A stretch of 35,484 nucleotides of DNA from Corallochytrium limacisporum Hawaii. Lineage: Eukaryota; Protista; Pluriformea. Below, piece by piece: positions 33,122 through 35,484 of this stretch. The first letter of the stretch is position 1. Each line of letters begins with the position of its first letter. Where the stretch lies: contig PDIP01000264.1 in the NCBI GenBank assembly GCA_002811645.1, forward strand, positions 1 to 35,484. Direction: 5' to 3'. Both the position numbers and the translations under genes were made by a program. The notes beneath the pieces were generated by a model. It was not told the DNA's origin and ran no database searches. It worked only from the letters and a program-made list of their open reading frames with translations.

Positions 33122-35146
33122 ATGTTAAGCGGTAAAATTCTGATAGCTTTGACTGCTATTTTTAGTGTCTTAGACACTGTGCAGGCCATGCCACCAAAGA
33201 TCGAAGAGATCGATGAGCACACCATGGCATTGTCGGGAGAGATCGAGGAAGGGACATGGACAGAAACCATACTCGACTCTGACGGAAGTGAGGTAATTAT
33301 GACCGTCACTATCAAAGCAGCCGACGACGAGACGAGGCTGAATTCTAACTTTGAAGAGAAAGGATATGGCTGCTACATTGTGAAGGCTTCTCTGGAGGAC
33401 AACATTTACATACGGGTACAATACACCCATGTTTGCCTCGACGGCGAGGTCCGAGTATTGGATACATATTCTTATTTTGATTGGTATGAACCTGAGATGG
33501 TTGAGGACCCGTATCAAGTTCCAGACGGCTGGTACAATGAGGGTGGGATTCATGGTAGTTACTATCTTGGTCTGGATTGGAAAGGAGGGAACGGGAACGT
33601 GGTCAATAGATCGGCGATTGCATTTAAGGCACTTTGGTATGCGAGAGAAATCAGAATGGCTATAATGCGGACTACGTTCTACGGGTACGGAGCCTGGGAA
33701 TCTGTTATGCGCAAGGGGTTCAAAAAACTCGAGTCGGATGTTGCGAAACAATTCAATGAGGAGTATCCCCCAACCCCACCGCAGAAGGGAACCGTAGACG
33801 TCATCACCAACGGCCCCGGTAAGATGGTCTTGTATCGGGACGGTAAGATTGAAAACAAACCAACACCGTGGGCTATGAACAAGGGGACGAAAATCACTCT
33901 TACTAGTGACCCTTCGAAGACATCCCAAGGCGGTTGGGTGGGGCTCGCATGGCCAGATGCTTCTGGACAATTCTCCAGCTGGTCCGATGGCAACACGGCC
34001 GACAAAGTCGTCACCGTTACGATGAACGCGCAGGATCCTTGGACCACAGACACTGCTGTTCACGTTGAGTTCGAGGAGGCACCGAGCACTATGTATAAGG
34101 TTGATCACCGTTTTACGGACTTCTACACTGGATTCAGCTATTCGCACCCTGATACATTTCCTGTTTACACAGACCAGCTCGGATTCACTAAAATGAACCG
34201 AGTAATCTCCACTACCACCTATCCACCGTATGTGTTGGACGTGTACAAGCTGTTCATCGACCCCACAGGCAGTCTCTATGATATCGATTTGGATCTTGAC
34301 GGGAGCACCGCCGGCGGATACCCGAACATGCCCGTATACAACCCAACCATTGTGTACGACTCAATCCCAGAATGCGAACATATCACAGTCTCAATGGACA
34401 CAGACATGGGACCGATTCGACTTGTTTACATTCCTGCGATCGCTGAATATGCCATTGATGACAACCAAATTTTGGAGGTACAGTCAGGTTTCCGCGAATA
34501 CCGCAAGTGCGGAGGGCCAGAAGACGTCATCATAGACTATTCATCACAAGAATACGGAATCAAGACATTCCCTGACGCGGGCAAGTGGATAAACGAGACT
34601 TTTATGCTGGTATCGAACGGCCAAGCGCCCATCAGTGAGCACAAGGATGGTATTGACCCTCTGGAGACCCGAGAAGATCCAAATTACCACTGGCTCTTCG
34701 ACTTCGATAGGATCATCGGGAGCATGAATGACGATTTCTTTGTTGGAAATGCAAGGGATAATATTTTCTGGACCAACGGAGGAAACAATGTGGCCACCGG
34801 CAATGCTGGTGCGGATACCTACCATTTAACAGGTGGCAGCATTATGATCACTGATTTTGCCCCCACTGAGAATGACGACATTGACATTGACCGCTCATCC
34901 TATAGCATGGCCTTAATGGATGCGGACTACCACACTCATGACCTTGTATACTACCATGAAGACGGTGATTTGTATATTGAAATCAAAAGCTCAGGACAAA
35001 CGCTGGTAATGCTGCCGGGAGTTACCATGAGCAAAAGTGTCTGGGAACAAATGTGGGTGGAGAACGATCTTGTAAGAAGTCGGTACTGCATCGCACACAG
35101 AGATGGAACCACCGGCTTTTGTCGATTTGACGCTAGACTTGACTAA
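33122..35146 (+). CDS. Secreted protein (674 aa) with a bacterial B-repeat-like domain and RTX/hemolysin-type Ca-binding repeats
   Basis: Signal peptide MLSGKILIALTAIFSVLDTVQA. The region GTV...KGTKITLTSDP...FSSWSDGNTADKVVTVTM...VEF (about 33788-34078) resembles the divergent InlB B-repeat (Flg_new_2). The region IIGSMNDDFFVGNARDNIFWTNGGNNVATGNAGADTY...ITDF...DDIDI (about 34712-34890) resembles degenerate RTX nonapeptides. Confidence 0.82.
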   Translation: MLSGKILIALTAIFSVLDTVQAMPPKIEEIDEHTMALSGEIEEGTWTETILDSDGSEVIMTVTIKAADDETRLNSNFEEKGYGCYIVKASLEDNIYIRVQYTHVCLDGEVRVLDTYSYFDWYEPEMVEDPYQVPDGWYNEGGIHGSYYLGLDWKGGNGNVVNRSAIAFKALWYAREIRMAIMRTTFYGYGAWESVMRKGFKKLESDVAKQFNEEYPPTPPQKGTVDVITNGPGKMVLYRDGKIENKPTPWAMNKGTKITLTSDPSKTSQGGWVGLAWPDASGQFSSWSDGNTADKVVTVTMNAQDPWTTDTAVHVEFEEAPSTMYKVDHRFTDFYTGFSYSHPDTFPVYTDQLGFTKMNRVISTTTYPPYVLDVYKLFIDPTGSLYDIDLDLDGSTAGGYPNMPVYNPTIVYDSIPECEHITVSMDTDMGPIRLVYIPAIAEYAIDDNQILEVQSGFREYRKCGGPEDVIIDYSSQEYGIKTFPDAGKWINETFMLVSNGQAPISEHKDGIDPLETREDPNYHWLFDFDRIIGSMNDDFFVGNARDNIFWTNGGNNVATGNAGADTYHLTGGSIMITDFAPTENDDIDIDRSSYSMALMDADYHTHDLVYYHEDGDLYIEIKSSGQTLVMLPGVTMSKSVWEQMWVENDLVRSRYCIAHRDGTTGFCRFDARLD

Positions 35147-35152
35147 AAGGGA

Positions 35153-35344
35153 ATGCATTGTACCGGAAATTGGATGTGTAACTTGTCGAACAAGTGCAAT
35201 AATAATACTGGTAAATGCTACTACGACCCACCGTGTGTACCTATGAATGGCTCATGCGGTAACGGCAAGCCGTGCTGTAGTGGAATGAGATGCCTCTATG
35301 AAGAGTTCGGCGGGCACTACCATTGCTCCTACAACCCCTACTAA
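35153..35344 (+). CDS. Cys-rich, knottin-like coding segment, probably the C-terminal part of the 33122 gene
   Basis: 10 Cys in 63 aa, including C-x6-C-x5-CC-x4-C-x10-C. It is in frame with the upstream ORF (GAC TAA AAG GGA ATG) and has no signal peptide of its own. Confidence 0.6.
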   Translation: MHCTGNWMCNLSNKCNNNTGKCYYDPPCVPMNGSCGNGKPCCSGMRCLYEEFGGHYHCSYNPY

Positions 35345-35467
35345 GCCTACTCTGTTTCGGATACTATCCTGTAAGTTGAAGTTATATTCAATATAGATCC
35401 AAAAGTTTGTGTTCAAAAATAGACACCATACCCGGATCATACCGATTGTTTATTTGATTCACTGGCC

Positions 35468-35484
35468 TTGGGTTAGGGTTAGGG
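35468..35484 (+). repeat. Start of a TTAGGG telomeric tract
   Basis: The window ends TTGGG TTAGGG TTAGGG, with the G-rich strand running 5'->3' towards the end. Only two perfect units are visible. Confidence 0.7.

Overview
This looks like a eukaryotic scaffold end. The evidence is A at -3 of every likely start codon, long intergenic spacers, no operon or Shine-Dalgarno structure, two N gaps, and (TTAGGG)2 at the right end. The organism cannot be named from the sequence. The centre (about 7.8-28.7 kb) is a six-gene cluster with uninterrupted coding regions that looks like a cellulose/beta-glucan synthesis system. It encodes two paralogous CesA/BcsA-type GT2 synthases with no PilZ or other lineage-specific appendage. 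It also encodes three paralogous single-pass membrane proteins with DUF3712/Tag1-like (LEA_2-fold-like) ectodomains and a shared Cys motif, one of which is fused to an intact GH9 endoglucanase. The sixth gene encodes a secreted, probably GPI-anchored protein. All six genes have similar CA-rich 3' regions. A separate subtelomeric gene encodes a secreted protein with bacterial-type B-repeat and RTX-like modules, followed in frame, after a single TAA, by a knottin-like tail. Also present are a TA-flanked MITE-like element, a recurrent non-coding ATCAATA motif and G/C homopolymer islands. The first 7.8 kb and 29-33 kb contain no gene I can recognise. Domain calls come from motif recognition by eye, not database searches.
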